A stretch of 32,000 nucleotides of DNA from Mycobacterium tuberculosis H37Rv (GCF_000195955.2 NC_000962.3:2190001-2222000), one strand, 5' to 3'. Shown: positions 9,075 through 17,495, counted from the stretch's first letter. Numbers and translations are program-made. Notes: a model not told the origin generated them from the letters alone.

Positions 9075-10189
9075 TCACTTGTGAGTCGGAAGGTCCCCGA
9101 TGGGAATATTCTGCCACCTGGCGGTCGGCGAATCGTGGGGGTTGTAATCCCAATGCGGATAGCGGTAATTGTCTCCCGGAAAATATCGCCACTCGCCGCC
9201 GTTCTCGTCCCAGAGGCTTTCGCCGCCGCGAGCCTGTTGGATAGGACGACTGGGCGGTCCAACCGTTAGGTTGCTCTCGGCGGGCGGGCTGACACCGGGC
9301 GGAGGTAAGCCTTCGTTCGGTTGTGGTCCAGCGGGGTCGGGAGCAGGAGGGGGTTCGCCTTCGACCGGCACGCCCAATTCGCCTAACCGGGCTCTGATTG
9401 CGGCTTGTCTTTCAAAGAGAGAACCCTTGTCCGCGATGCACGCGTCGTAGGCTGCCTGCTCGTTGGGCAGAACGAAGGTGCGTCCGCATCGGGCGTTGTA
9501 CCGAGCGATGTCAGCGTTGACGGCGTCCCAGGCTGCGCGTGCCTGTACGGCTGTCATGTCTTTCGGGTCGCCCGGCATCGGTGAGGGTGGATCTTGTTTC
9601 CAGCTGCGGTCGACCGCGTGGATTTGCGGTTTCTCGTTGTGGGGCACCGGTGTCGGTAGCGACGGTGCGATTGGGGGTTCGTGGAAGCCGACGGTGTTAA
9701 GGGGTGCGGTAGCGGTGGCTATTTTGGCGGCCACTTCGTGTTCGACTCCGATGAGTTGTGTCGCGCGTTGGCGGATATCCCCGGCCAATGCTTGTGCTTG
9801 GGCCTGGCGAGCTGCTTGTTCGGCGAAGGTGCGGCTGGTTCGGGTGTCGGTGACCGAGAGGTCCTCTTCGACGTTGAAGCCCGCGTTGTGGGCATCTTGA
9901 ACGGCATAGATGACCCTGCGCTGGGCTGCGCCGATGGTTCCGGCGCCTTCACGGGCAAGCCCACTCGCTTGGCGCAAATGCTCGGCTATGCCACTGACTA
10001 TCTGTAGGTCAGCGCCGGTTCGCTGTCGCAGCCATCACCGCCTGCGCCTTCCCACGCGATGAAGTGGGATCGGTTACGCATCTCTAGGAACACGTCTTCC
10101 CACTGATCGGCGACCTTCGTCCAGTAGTAGGCCGCCTCGATGAGATGTTCGGTGTCCCAGGCGTGGATATGCGACAGGGTCGGCAGCAA
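9075..10189 (-). pseudogene. Split T7SS-type toxin: WXG/LXG-like N-terminal part (Rv1950c, 9998-10189) plus linker and variable C-terminal domain (Rv1949c, 9075-9977/10034)
   Basis: Frame A: MLPTLSHIHAWDTEHLIEAAYYWTKVADQWEDVFLEMRNRSHFIAWEGAGGDG|CDSEPALTYR*. Frame B: WLRQRTGADLQIVSGIAEHLRQASGLAREGAGTIGAAQRRVIYAVQDAHNAGF...GGESLWDENGGEWRYFPGDNYRYPHWDYNPHDSPTARWQNIPIGDLPTHK*. The frames join naturally at about 10028-10032 if one base is restored. Confidence 0.7.
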
Positions 10190-10486
10190 TTACACCAGCC
10201 TCGTTTGCGGCACGGCCGCCATCTCGGCCGCTGCGGCCGCCTCGTTGTTGGCATACTCCGCCGCGGCCGCCTCGACCGCACTGGCCGTGGCGTGTGTCCG
10301 GGCGGTAAACGCCGCCACGGCAAGACCAACCGCTGCGTGGGCACCGCCCACAGCCGCCGTGGTGGGTTGGAACGGCTGCCCCAGCGGAGGTGGTGCAAGG
10401 ACGCTGAGTTCAGTGCTTCGCCCGCTCCATTGGCTGGCCGTAGCCGCTACCTGTTGGATATTGACCCGCAGCTCACCGGCTTTCAT
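10190..10486 (-). CDS. EspC-like (DUF2580-type) ESX secretion-associated small helical protein, Rv1951c-like
   Basis: 98 aa: MKAGELRVNIQQVAATASQWSGRSTELSVLAPPPLGQPFQPTTAAVGG...AVEAAAAEYANNEAAAAAEMAAV; contains YANNE, matching the T7SS YxxxD/E signal. Confidence 0.65.
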   Translation of the reverse strand: MKAGELRVNIQQVAATASQWSGRSTELSVLAPPPLGQPFQPTTAAVGGAHAAVGLAVAAFTARTHATASAVEAAAAEYANNEAAAAAEMAAVPQTRLV

Positions 10487-10682
10487 CCTCGGAAAGTTTA
10501 ATAGCGAGCTACAGGGTGGCAACTCATCGCAGGTCGAGCCAACTACTGCCGGGCCGGGTGACCGCAGCTCGTGCTGAGGCAGCACCGAGGCTGGCTGACT
10601 CAAGCAGTCTCGGCGTATGCCAGCCTGATCGCGAACACGGGAGTCAACCGGGGCAACCGCCGTCCGCCGGACAACCTCGATC

Positions 10683-10704
10683 CGATATCAATTAAGCGAT
10701 ATCG
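10683..10704. promoter_or_regulatory. Inverted repeat CGATATC-N8-GATATCG upstream of vapB14; candidate operator
   Basis: Perfect 7-bp arms separated by 8 nt, ending 9 nt before the vapB14 ORF. Confidence 0.5.
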
Positions 10705-10713
10705 TCATCTCCG

Positions 10714-10941
10714 ATGGAGCAGATCGTGATCCGCAACCTTCCCGAGGGGACCAAGGCGGCACTACGGGTCCGTGCTGCACGTCATCACCACTCCGTCGAA
10801 GCGGAAGCCCGCGCGATCCTCACCGCGGGATTGTTGGGCGAAGAAGTCCCCATGCCGGTACTGCTGGCCGCCGACAGTGGCCATGACATCGACTTCGAGC
10901 CCGAACGTCTCGGCCTGATCGCCCGCACCCCGCAACTGTGA
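10714..10941 (+). CDS. vapB14: VapB-family antitoxin
   Basis: [33 protein letters not shown] is FitA/RHH-like; followed by an overlapping PIN gene. Start may be GTG at 10726. Confidence 0.88.
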
Positions 10942-11249
10942 CCTACGTCCTGGACACCAACGTGGTGTCCGCTTTGCGCGTGCCGGGACGCCACCCCGCC
11001 GTGGCGGCGTGGGCGGACTCGGTGCAAGTCGCCGAACAGTTCGTTGTGGCGATAACGCTGGCCGAGATTGAGCGAGGCGTGATCGCCAAGGAACGCACCG
11101 ACCCGACCCAGAGTGAGCACCTACGGCGCTGGTTCGACGACAAGGTGCTGCGCATATTCGTGTTCGCCCGCCGGGGCACAAACCTCATCATGCAGCCCCT
11201 AGCTGGGCATATAGGTTACAGCCTATATTCTGGTATAAGCTGGTTTTAG
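10938..11249 (+). CDS. vapC14: VapC PIN-domain toxin, apparently C-terminally truncated
   Basis: N-terminal PIN motif [12 protein letters not shown] and ITLAEIERG are present; the expected distal acidic motif (D-x-L/I-IAATA, VTRN) is absent. Confidence 0.85.
11209..11228. promoter_or_regulatory. HigA1-type operator ATATAGG-N6-CCTATAT
   Basis: Perfect inverted repeat ATATAGGttacagCCTATAT; matches the published HigA1/Rv1956 binding motif as remembered. Confidence 0.85.
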
Positions 11250-11402
11250 ACGAAAAGGACCCCACCTCGGGGTCTGATGGCCAGGGGCAGGGTCGTGTGC
11301 ATTGGGGATGCAGGTTGCGACTGTACACCCGGCGTGTTCCGCGCGACAGCGGGTGGGATGCCGGTGCTGGTGGTCATCGAGTCTGGGACAGGAGGTGATC
11401 AG

Positions 11403-11579
11403 ATGGCTCGTAAAGCTACGTCCCCGGGTAAGCCGGCTCCGACGTCGGGACAGTATCGCCCGGTTGGCGGTGGCAACGAGGTGACCGTTCCGAAGGGACA
11501 CCGTCTGCCTCCCTCGCCCAAGCCCGGTCAGAAGTGGGTGAACGTCGATCCGACGAAGAACAAGAGCGGCCGCGGCTGA
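11403..11579 (+). CDS. Small YjzC-like protein (within the Rv1954A ORF 11277-11579)
   Basis: 58 aa MARKATSPGKPAPTSGQYRPVGGGNEVTVPKGHRLPPSPKPGQKWVNVDPTKNKSGRG; the compact conserved-looking core begins at this ATG. Confidence 0.55.
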   Translation: MARKATSPGKPAPTSGQYRPVGGGNEVTVPKGHRLPPSPKPGQKWVNVDPTKNKSGRG

Positions 11580-11718
11580 GCTTGTGCCGTCGGGATGGGT
11601 GTCGCACCGTCTCGGCGGGTCGCCCAAGTGCATAAGTGCTTTGTCGCTGCCCTCCGGTACCGTCGGAGCCCCGTCCAAGCCGGACAACGACGCCACTCGA
11701 GGCAGGACAAGACCAACT

Positions 11719-12096
11719 GTGCCGCCCCCTGATCCAGCCGCCATGGGTACCTGGAAGTTCTTCCGGGCATCTGTGGATGGCCGGCCGGTATTCAAGAAGG
11801 AGTTCGACAAGCTTCCTGATCAGGCCCGGGCCGCGCTGATCGTGCTAATGCAGCGGTATCTCGTCGGCGACCTCGCCGCAGGGAGCATCAAACCGATTCG
11901 TGGCGACATTCTGGAGTTGCGATGGCATGAGGCGAACAACCACTTCCGGGTACTGTTCTTCCGCTGGGGCCAGCATCCCGTAGCGCTGACAGCGTTCTAC
12001 AAGAACCAGCAGAAGACTCCCAAGACGAAGATCGAGACGGCCCTGGACCGGCAGAAAATCTGGAAAAGAGCCTTCGGCGACACCCCACCGATCTGA
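11719..12096 (+). CDS. higB1: HigB toxin (RelE-superfamily mRNA interferase)
   Basis: FFRASVDGRPVFKKEFDKLPDQARAAL...IKPIRGDILELRWHEANNHFRVLFFRWGQHPVALTAFYKNQQKTPKTKIETALDR; ATG at 11743 is an alternative start. Confidence 0.92.
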   Translation: MPPPDPAAMGTWKFFRASVDGRPVFKKEFDKLPDQARAALIVLMQRYLVGDLAAGSIKPIRGDILELRWHEANNHFRVLFFRWGQHPVALTAFYKNQQKTPKTKIETALDRQKIWKRAFGDTPPI

Positions 12097-12137
12097 ACAA
12101 CGCCCAACCACTGTTACGAGGCTAGGAGAGCACAACC

Positions 12138-12587
12138 ATGAGCATTGACTTCCCTTTGGGTGACGACCTCGCCGGCTATATTGCCGAGGCGATTGCGGCT
12201 GATCCCAGCTTCAAAGGCACTCTCGAAGACGCCGAGGAGGCACGCAGGCTGGTCGATGCGCTGATTGCGCTGCGCAAGCACTGCCAGCTGAGCCAGGTTG
12301 AGGTTGCTAAGCGTATGGGGGTGCGCCAGCCCACCGTGAGCGGTTTCGAGAAGGAACCCAGCGACCCCAAACTGTCTACGCTGCAACGTTATGCCCGTGC
12401 ATTGGACGCCCGGCTGCGGCTGGTGCTCGAAGTTCCCACGCTTCGCGAAGTGCCTACGTGGCATCGGCTCTCCTCTTATCGGGGCTCCGCACGGGACCAC
12501 CAGGTCCGGGTGGGTGCAGACAAGGAAATCCTGATGCAGACGAACTGGGCCCGCCACATTTCGGTTCGGCAGGTTGAGGTGGCATGA
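12138..12587 (+). CDS. higA1: HigA antitoxin with XRE-type HTH and C-terminal chaperone-addiction region
   Basis: HTH: CQLSQVEVAKRMGVRQPTVSGFEK; C-terminal extension LREVPTWHRLSSYRG. Confidence 0.93.
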   Translation: MSIDFPLGDDLAGYIAEAIAADPSFKGTLEDAEEARRLVDALIALRKHCQLSQVEVAKRMGVRQPTVSGFEKEPSDPKLSTLQRYARALDARLRLVLEVPTLREVPTWHRLSSYRGSARDHQVRVGADKEILMQTNWARHISVRQVEVA

Positions 12588-13129
12588 CTGACCGAACCGA
12601 CGCCGACGACCTTGACCTGCAACGCGTTGGCGCGCGGCTGGCAGCCCGCGCACAGATCCGCGATATCCGGCTGCTGCGCACTCAGGCCGCTGTCCATCGT
12701 GCGCCCAAGCCTGCGCAGGGCCTGACCTACGACCTCGAGTTCGAACCCGCTGTGGATGCCGATCCGGCCACTATCTCAGCATTTGTGGTGCGGATTTCTT
12801 GCCACCTGCGCATTCAAAACCAGGCGGCAGACGACGACGTCAAGGAAGGCGATACCAAAGACGAGACACAGGACGTAGCCACCGCTGATTTCGAGTTCGC
12901 GGCACTGTTCGACTACCACTTGCAAGAAGGTGAAGACGACCCCACCGAAGAAGAACTTACGGCATACGCCGCCACGACCGGGCGGTTCGCGCTTTATCCG
13001 TACATCCGCGAATACGTCTACGACCTCACCGGCCGTCTCGCACTGCCACCGTTGACCCTTGAGATATTGTCTCGGCCGATGCCGGTTTCTCCCGGCGCCC
13101 AATGGCCGGCAACGAGAGGAACGCCCTGA
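12584..13129 (+). CDS. SecB-like chaperone of the toxin-antitoxin-chaperone system (Rv1957)
   Basis: 181 aa, 4-nt overlap with higA1; SecB-like YPYIREYVYDLTGRLALPPLTL. Confidence 0.93.
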   Translation: MTDRTDADDLDLQRVGARLAARAQIRDIRLLRTQAAVHRAPKPAQGLTYDLEFEPAVDADPATISAFVVRISCHLRIQNQAADDDVKEGDTKDETQDVATADFEFAALFDYHLQEGEDDPTEEELTAYAATTGRFALYPYIREYVYDLTGRLALPPLTLEILSRPMPVSPGAQWPATRGTP

Positions 13130-13680
13130 CCAAACGAGGGTGAATCAAGCTGCCCGACGACCATGGTTTCCACACCTACCGCCAGATGCAGCGCTGGACT
13201 GTCAGCCCAGCGGCACGGGTCGAGATCCTGGGCCGCTACTGGTGGAGAATCCGCCGCCGTGCCACCGAAGGGGCGAAGGCGAAATCCAAAGGCAAGGCCC
13301 GCCGCGGCTCTCAGTTCAAGGTTCTCGAACACGGGTGATGCGGTTCGAGCCCGGGAAGGTGGAGCGTTAGCCGCAGGGGAGGGAATCTTGGCGGGTCGGC
13401 CGACAAGAGGTTGAACTTGACTGCGGGACAGCAGTTTACGGCTCTTGTCGCCACGCCTACAGCGGATTCGCATACCGCCGGGGTTCATTGACAACCGGCG
13501 GGGGTTCGTTCCGCCGTGTTTCCGAGGTAGGTATCGGCGGGGGTGTATGTCGGTAGGCCTCGGGAATGTCCGACAGGCGCGATGGGAGATCTTCGCGTTG
13601 ATCACCGCGCCAATGGATGGTGTCGGGATCATCCCCCGGCTGACGGGAAATGCGGCCGGCCATTCTTCCTCAAGATCGAG

Positions 13681-13977
13681 TCAGAGGTTCCGGTCGACGT
13701 CCATCCGTTGGTGCAGGACTCGCACGACGTCGATGGTGCCTTCGCCAGTCACCCGATAGAACAACGTGTGTGACCCGGCCGAGAGCTTGCGATAGCCGGG
13801 GCGAATCTCGTCGCACGCTCGTCCGATCCGCGGGTTTGCCGCAGCACGGTCGATAGCGTGTTGAAGTTCGCGCAGGTACTGCTCGGCCTGATCGACACCC
13901 CAACGGTCATAGGTGCAGTCCCAGATCTCTTCCAGATGTGCCTGCGCGGCAGGCGAGAGAAGGTATCGGCTACTCAC
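13681..13977 (-). CDS. parE1: ParE/RelE-family toxin
   Basis: LSPAAQAHLEEIWDCTYDRWGVDQAEQYLRELQHAIDRAAANPRIGRACDEIRPGYRKLSAGSHTLFYRV. Confidence 0.93.
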   Translation of the reverse strand: MSSRYLLSPAAQAHLEEIWDCTYDRWGVDQAEQYLRELQHAIDRAAANPRIGRACDEIRPGYRKLSAGSHTLFYRVTGEGTIDVVRVLHQRMDVDRNL

Positions 13978-14225
13978 CGGCCACGCGAGGCGTCAGCCCG
14001 CTTACGACCGAGGAATCCGTCGAAGTCGAACGGTGTCGAGCTGCCGCTGCGTTCGCCGGCCTCGAGAGCCTCACGAAGCGCGCGCAGCTGGGTTTCACGG
14101 TCCTCGAGCAGTCGCAACGCGGAGCGGATGACTTCACTGGCCGACCGGTAGCGGCCCGCGGCGATCTCGCCGTCGATGAAGGCGCTGTAGTGCTCGTCGA
14201 GGACGAAGGACGTGTTCTTACCCAC
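13974..14225 (-). CDS. parD1: ParD-family antitoxin
   Basis: GKNTSFVLDEHYSAFIDGEIAAGRYRSASEVIRSALRLLEDRE; GTG start at 14225; 4-nt overlap with parE1. Confidence 0.93.
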   Translation of the reverse strand: MGKNTSFVLDEHYSAFIDGEIAAGRYRSASEVIRSALRLLEDRETQLRALREALEAGERSGSSTPFDFDGFLGRKRADASRGR

Positions 14226-14364
14226 GAACGCACAATACCAATTGTTGGTAGTAGGTGTTAGCCCCTGGGACACCCCAAGCCCCAGCGGCAGAATCTCCTG
14301 GGGATCGGCATGGCCGCACCAGGCGCGGCGCGCCCAGACATGTCAGAGGGTGAGGCGACACTGG

Positions 14365-14813
14365 ATGATCGACACCACCGAAGCGGCATATCGGCTGACG
14401 TATCAGCCGGACGGCACGTCGATCACCGTCCGGGAGAACCTGGTCGACATCCTGGCGCGTGAGCTGCTCGGCCCGATCCGCGGCCCGCAGGAGGTGTTGC
14501 CGTTCAGCCCGCGCTCGCAATACCTGGTCGGGCACCTCGCCCCGGTAAAGCTGACCGGCGCCGCGCTCATCGACGACAACGCGGTCCAGGCCCGTGCCAA
14601 CGCCGAGGCGCTCGCCGAGGGCGGTGGCGTGCCGGCCTACGCGGCCGACGAAACGACGCCGACACCGACGACGACGCCCAAGACCGCGCACCCAAGCAGG
14701 GCCTGATGATCCCGGCATCAATGGGTTTACGGTTTCAGGTGCCACCCGATCTGGTGTCGTTCACCATCACCGCGTCATGGATAACCTACGAGACCGTCGA
14801 GAGCGGGAGGTGA
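14365..14813 (+). pseudogene. Second decayed DrmA-like (DISARM) helicase fragment, extreme N-terminus; includes the core of the Rv1961-like ORF
   Basis: Frame 1: MIDTTEAAYRLTYQPDGTSITVRENLVDILARELLGPIRGPQEVLPFSPRSQYLVGHLAPVKLTG...; a shift near 14704 continues LMIPASMGLRFQVPPDLVSFTITASWITYETVESGR* (14706-14813). Confidence 0.6.
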
Positions 14814-14865
14814 CCAAGGCCGGCCGTACGATAGCCAGCGCGATAGCAGTGATCTCGTCCCGGCT

Positions 14866-15273
14866 TCATCGCGCTTGTCCGGGTGCGACGACCGCCAACG
14901 ACAGGGCCTCGGCGGCTTCCTTAAGGCGGTTGTCGTAGGTAACCAGCGCGGTCAATGGTGCAACGGATCCGGCGGTTTGAGCAGTGGCTAGGTGTATCGC
15001 GTCGAGCGAGCGCAGTGCTGGGTTGGGGTAGGCCGCCGCGGTGGAGCGTATGACCGCGTCGATTTCGAAACGGTCCAGCCTGGCTAGCACGGAGGGCACC
15101 GCCGGTAGCCCTTCTGGGGAGACTGCGCGGATGGCTCTGGATAGCTCAACTTCGGTCAAAGCCGATGTGATCCACCGTAGTTCGGTGCGGTCATCGAGCC
15201 AATCAGCTAAAGCGTCAGATTCGACCTCGATCCGAATTAGCTTGACCAGCGCCGAGGTTTCCAGGTAGATCAC
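14866..15273 (-). CDS. vapC35: VapC PIN-domain toxin
   Basis: MIYLETSALVKLI ... LRSLDAIHLATAQ ... LVTYDNRLKEAA. Confidence 0.93.
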   Translation of the reverse strand: MIYLETSALVKLIRIEVESDALADWLDDRTELRWITSALTEVELSRAIRAVSPEGLPAVPSVLARLDRFEIDAVIRSTAAAYPNPALRSLDAIHLATAQTAGSVAPLTALVTYDNRLKEAAEALSLAVVAPGQAR

Positions 15274-15276
15274 GCG

Positions 15277-15549
15277 CTAGTACCGCTCCTCGGCGCGCAT
15301 GCGCTCCAACAGCGTTCCCGAGTCGAGACCGCCGCGCATCGGAATTGTGGGCCGAGGCGCCGGGCCATGCACTCTCGCCGGTTGCACACTGCCGGTGCTG
15401 ATCAGTGAGTCGAGAGGGCCGGCAGAAGCCGGGATTATTCGGGCGATAACCTTGCCGCGCTCAGTCAGGTTGATCTCTTCACCGCGCTTGACGCGGGCCA
15501 GGACCTTGGACGTCTCCTGGTTGAGCGTTCGTATGGACACCTCATTCAC
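15277..15549 (-). CDS. vapB35: VapB/Phd-like antitoxin
   Basis: VSIRTLNQETSKVLARVKRGEEINLTERGKVIARIIP is Phd/YefM-like; directly upstream of vapC35. Confidence 0.92.
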   Translation of the reverse strand: MNEVSIRTLNQETSKVLARVKRGEEINLTERGKVIARIIPASAGPLDSLISTGSVQPARVHGPAPRPTIPMRGGLDSGTLLERMRAEERY

Positions 15550-15581
15550 ACCGATAATGTACTACCTATTTGTTCTACATG

Positions 15582-16802
15582 CTATGCGCGCAAGAGGTTA
15601 CCTGCCCCGCTGGTCAGGATCGCCAGCGCCAGGCCACTGATCTCGTCGGCGACTCCGGCGTAGCGCGTGAGATGCCAGGTGCGAGCGACGTCTTCGATGA
15701 AGCTAATCGCCGCCGCGACCAGCAGTCGCCCCTGGGCGACACTGGTCGCGGGTACCAGCTTGCCGATGAGGTCGATCCACACGGCCTCGCGGTCGCCCTG
15801 ATTTCGCAGGTAGCCGTCGCGTACTTCGACAGAGGCGTGCGACAGTTCGGTGACCGACACTGCCACCAGATCCGGAGCGTCCAAGCTGATCCGAACGTGC
15901 CCTTGGACAAGGCCGCGCAACCGTTGTGCCGCTTGCTGATTCGCTCGTAGCGCTCGGATGCACTCCAGGCAGCGCCACTCGTCGAGGCGGCGGATGAGCG
16001 CGTCCAGGATGGCCTGTTTGGAAGAAAACGAACGGTACAGCCCCGGGCCCGCGATGCCGGCTCCCTTGCCGATTTCGCTGGTGTTGACGGCCGGATAGCC
16101 CTGCGCACGGAACAGCCGCGCGCCCGCGGCCAGCAGGGTCTCGTAGCGGGAGAACAGCACGTCGGCCTCGTCGCGTGCGGCATCACCGGCCGGCAGTGGC
16201 GGCAATTCGCAGACGGGAGGCGTCCTTGCCGCGGCCATACACGCCTGGTAGAGAAGCTTTTTCAGTTCCTCGCCCGGCAGGCTTAGGCTGTGCCGGCCCA
16301 GGCTGGTCAAAGTGCTGGACACCGCCCACGCCCGCAACTCCGAATGCTGTGGACTCAGATCGGGCACCTCCAGCAGCACGCTGTCACGCATGCCGGCGAC
16401 GATCGCGTTGATGCGGCGCCGGACCGCCGTGCGGTCGTCCTCGTTGAGGTAGCGGGCCTCGCGCTGCCACAGCACCGTCAACGCCCGAGAGGCGACCGCC
16501 GCGGCGATCAGGTCTTCCAGATCGGCGTTCAACGGCCGCGGCGTCGGCTCCGTCTCGCCCTCGGTGAGACGACGCGCGCTCTGGTACTGATCCTGGCCGG
16601 TTCGGATCGCTTCGGCGAGCAACGCCTGCTTGTTGTCGTAGTGGCGATACAACGCGCGCGCGGTCACCCCGGCCGCCTCGGCAATGTCCTCCAATTTGAC
16701 CGAATGGAAGCCACGTTCGATGAACAGTCCAACGGCCTGATCCAAAATCTGCTTCTTCCGGTCCTTTGGGCGGCGCCTAACGGGTTGGGCGACGGATGCC
16801 AT
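15582..16802 (-). CDS. mce3R: TetR-family regulator with two TetR-like DNA-binding modules
   Basis: 406 aa; N-terminal [49 protein letters not shown] and a second [36 protein letters not shown]. Confidence 0.93.
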
Positions 16803-17048
16803 CGGCTCGAACCCCCTTCTTGCGCACCGGAATCACAAATCCTGCTAGCAGCATCGCCTCAGCTTCACCCCGCTCATTCTTCACCTCGAATGCGCCGGTC
16901 ACCGGGTGCGACACTTACCGGCCGTCGTTCATGGTGACGTTTCGAGGCTGTGCTGCTGCCAAGACCCCAGGAAGTCTCGGACGAGAGACTCGCTAGCCTC
17001 CGTGGTATCGGGCATCCCTATCACCCCTGCTCGATCCTCAATATCGGA

Positions 17049-17113
17049 CTAACAAAATACATCATCGCGCCTGTATACGCGATTACATTGCAATTTATCC
17101 TTATCACCCTTCT
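17049..17113 (+). repeat. AT-rich segment duplicated imperfectly at 17496-17555
   Basis: CTAACAAAATACATCAT vs CTAGCAAGATACATCAT (15/17), followed by similar TATACGC/TATATGCC and ATTGCAATTTAT/ATTGCTATTTAC blocks. Confidence 0.55.
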
Positions 17114-17495
17114 TAGAGTGCATATCAGTAATAGACATATCGCGCTCCTCGCGCCCCAGGAGGCGGTCGACGAATTCGCCGTGCGCAACGACATGAGCCG
17201 TCGCTGAGCCTGAAAACCTGCAGACAAAGCGCGAGTGGGGGCTGGCAAAACTACAGGCTCGTTAGCAGCAAGTTGCTTCGACGACCATGGTGGCAACCTC
17301 GCCGGTCGCGAAGGCTCTGGTCGGCGGGCCCGAATCGAGGCGGTCAGGATGCGGCATCCGATCACCGCCCGTCGGGCGCGCTGTTGATGCCTGATCGTGG
17401 TGCCTCGCCAGCGTGACTCGAGCCAACGGCTTGACCGGTGATGCGCCTGTCGGCCGCCAAGGCAGCAGAGCACATCGCCCCGCGCTATAGGATAC

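Noticed and set aside
11223-11744. Minus-strand 173-aa ORF (Rv1954c-like)
   Set aside because: Overlaps the YjzC-like ORF, the higB1 start and the HigA operator region in antisense; low-complexity Arg/Pro composition and no recognisable domain.
11719-13129. higB1-higA1-Rv1957 as a novel system
   Set aside because: Striking three-gene toxin/antitoxin/SecB-like chaperone cassette, but already well described as a toxin-antitoxin-chaperone (TAC) system.
13338-13362. GCGGTTCGAGCCCGGGAA resembling a tRNA T-arm or att site
   Set aside because: The flanking stem pairs poorly and no acceptor/anticodon stems or CCA-like end can be assembled; likely coincidence.
13018-13632. Minus-strand 204-aa ORF (Rv1958c-like)
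   Set aside because: Runs antisense into the 3' end of the SecB-like gene and over a plus-strand coding-like frame; no recognisable motif. Not supportable as a gene from sequence alone.
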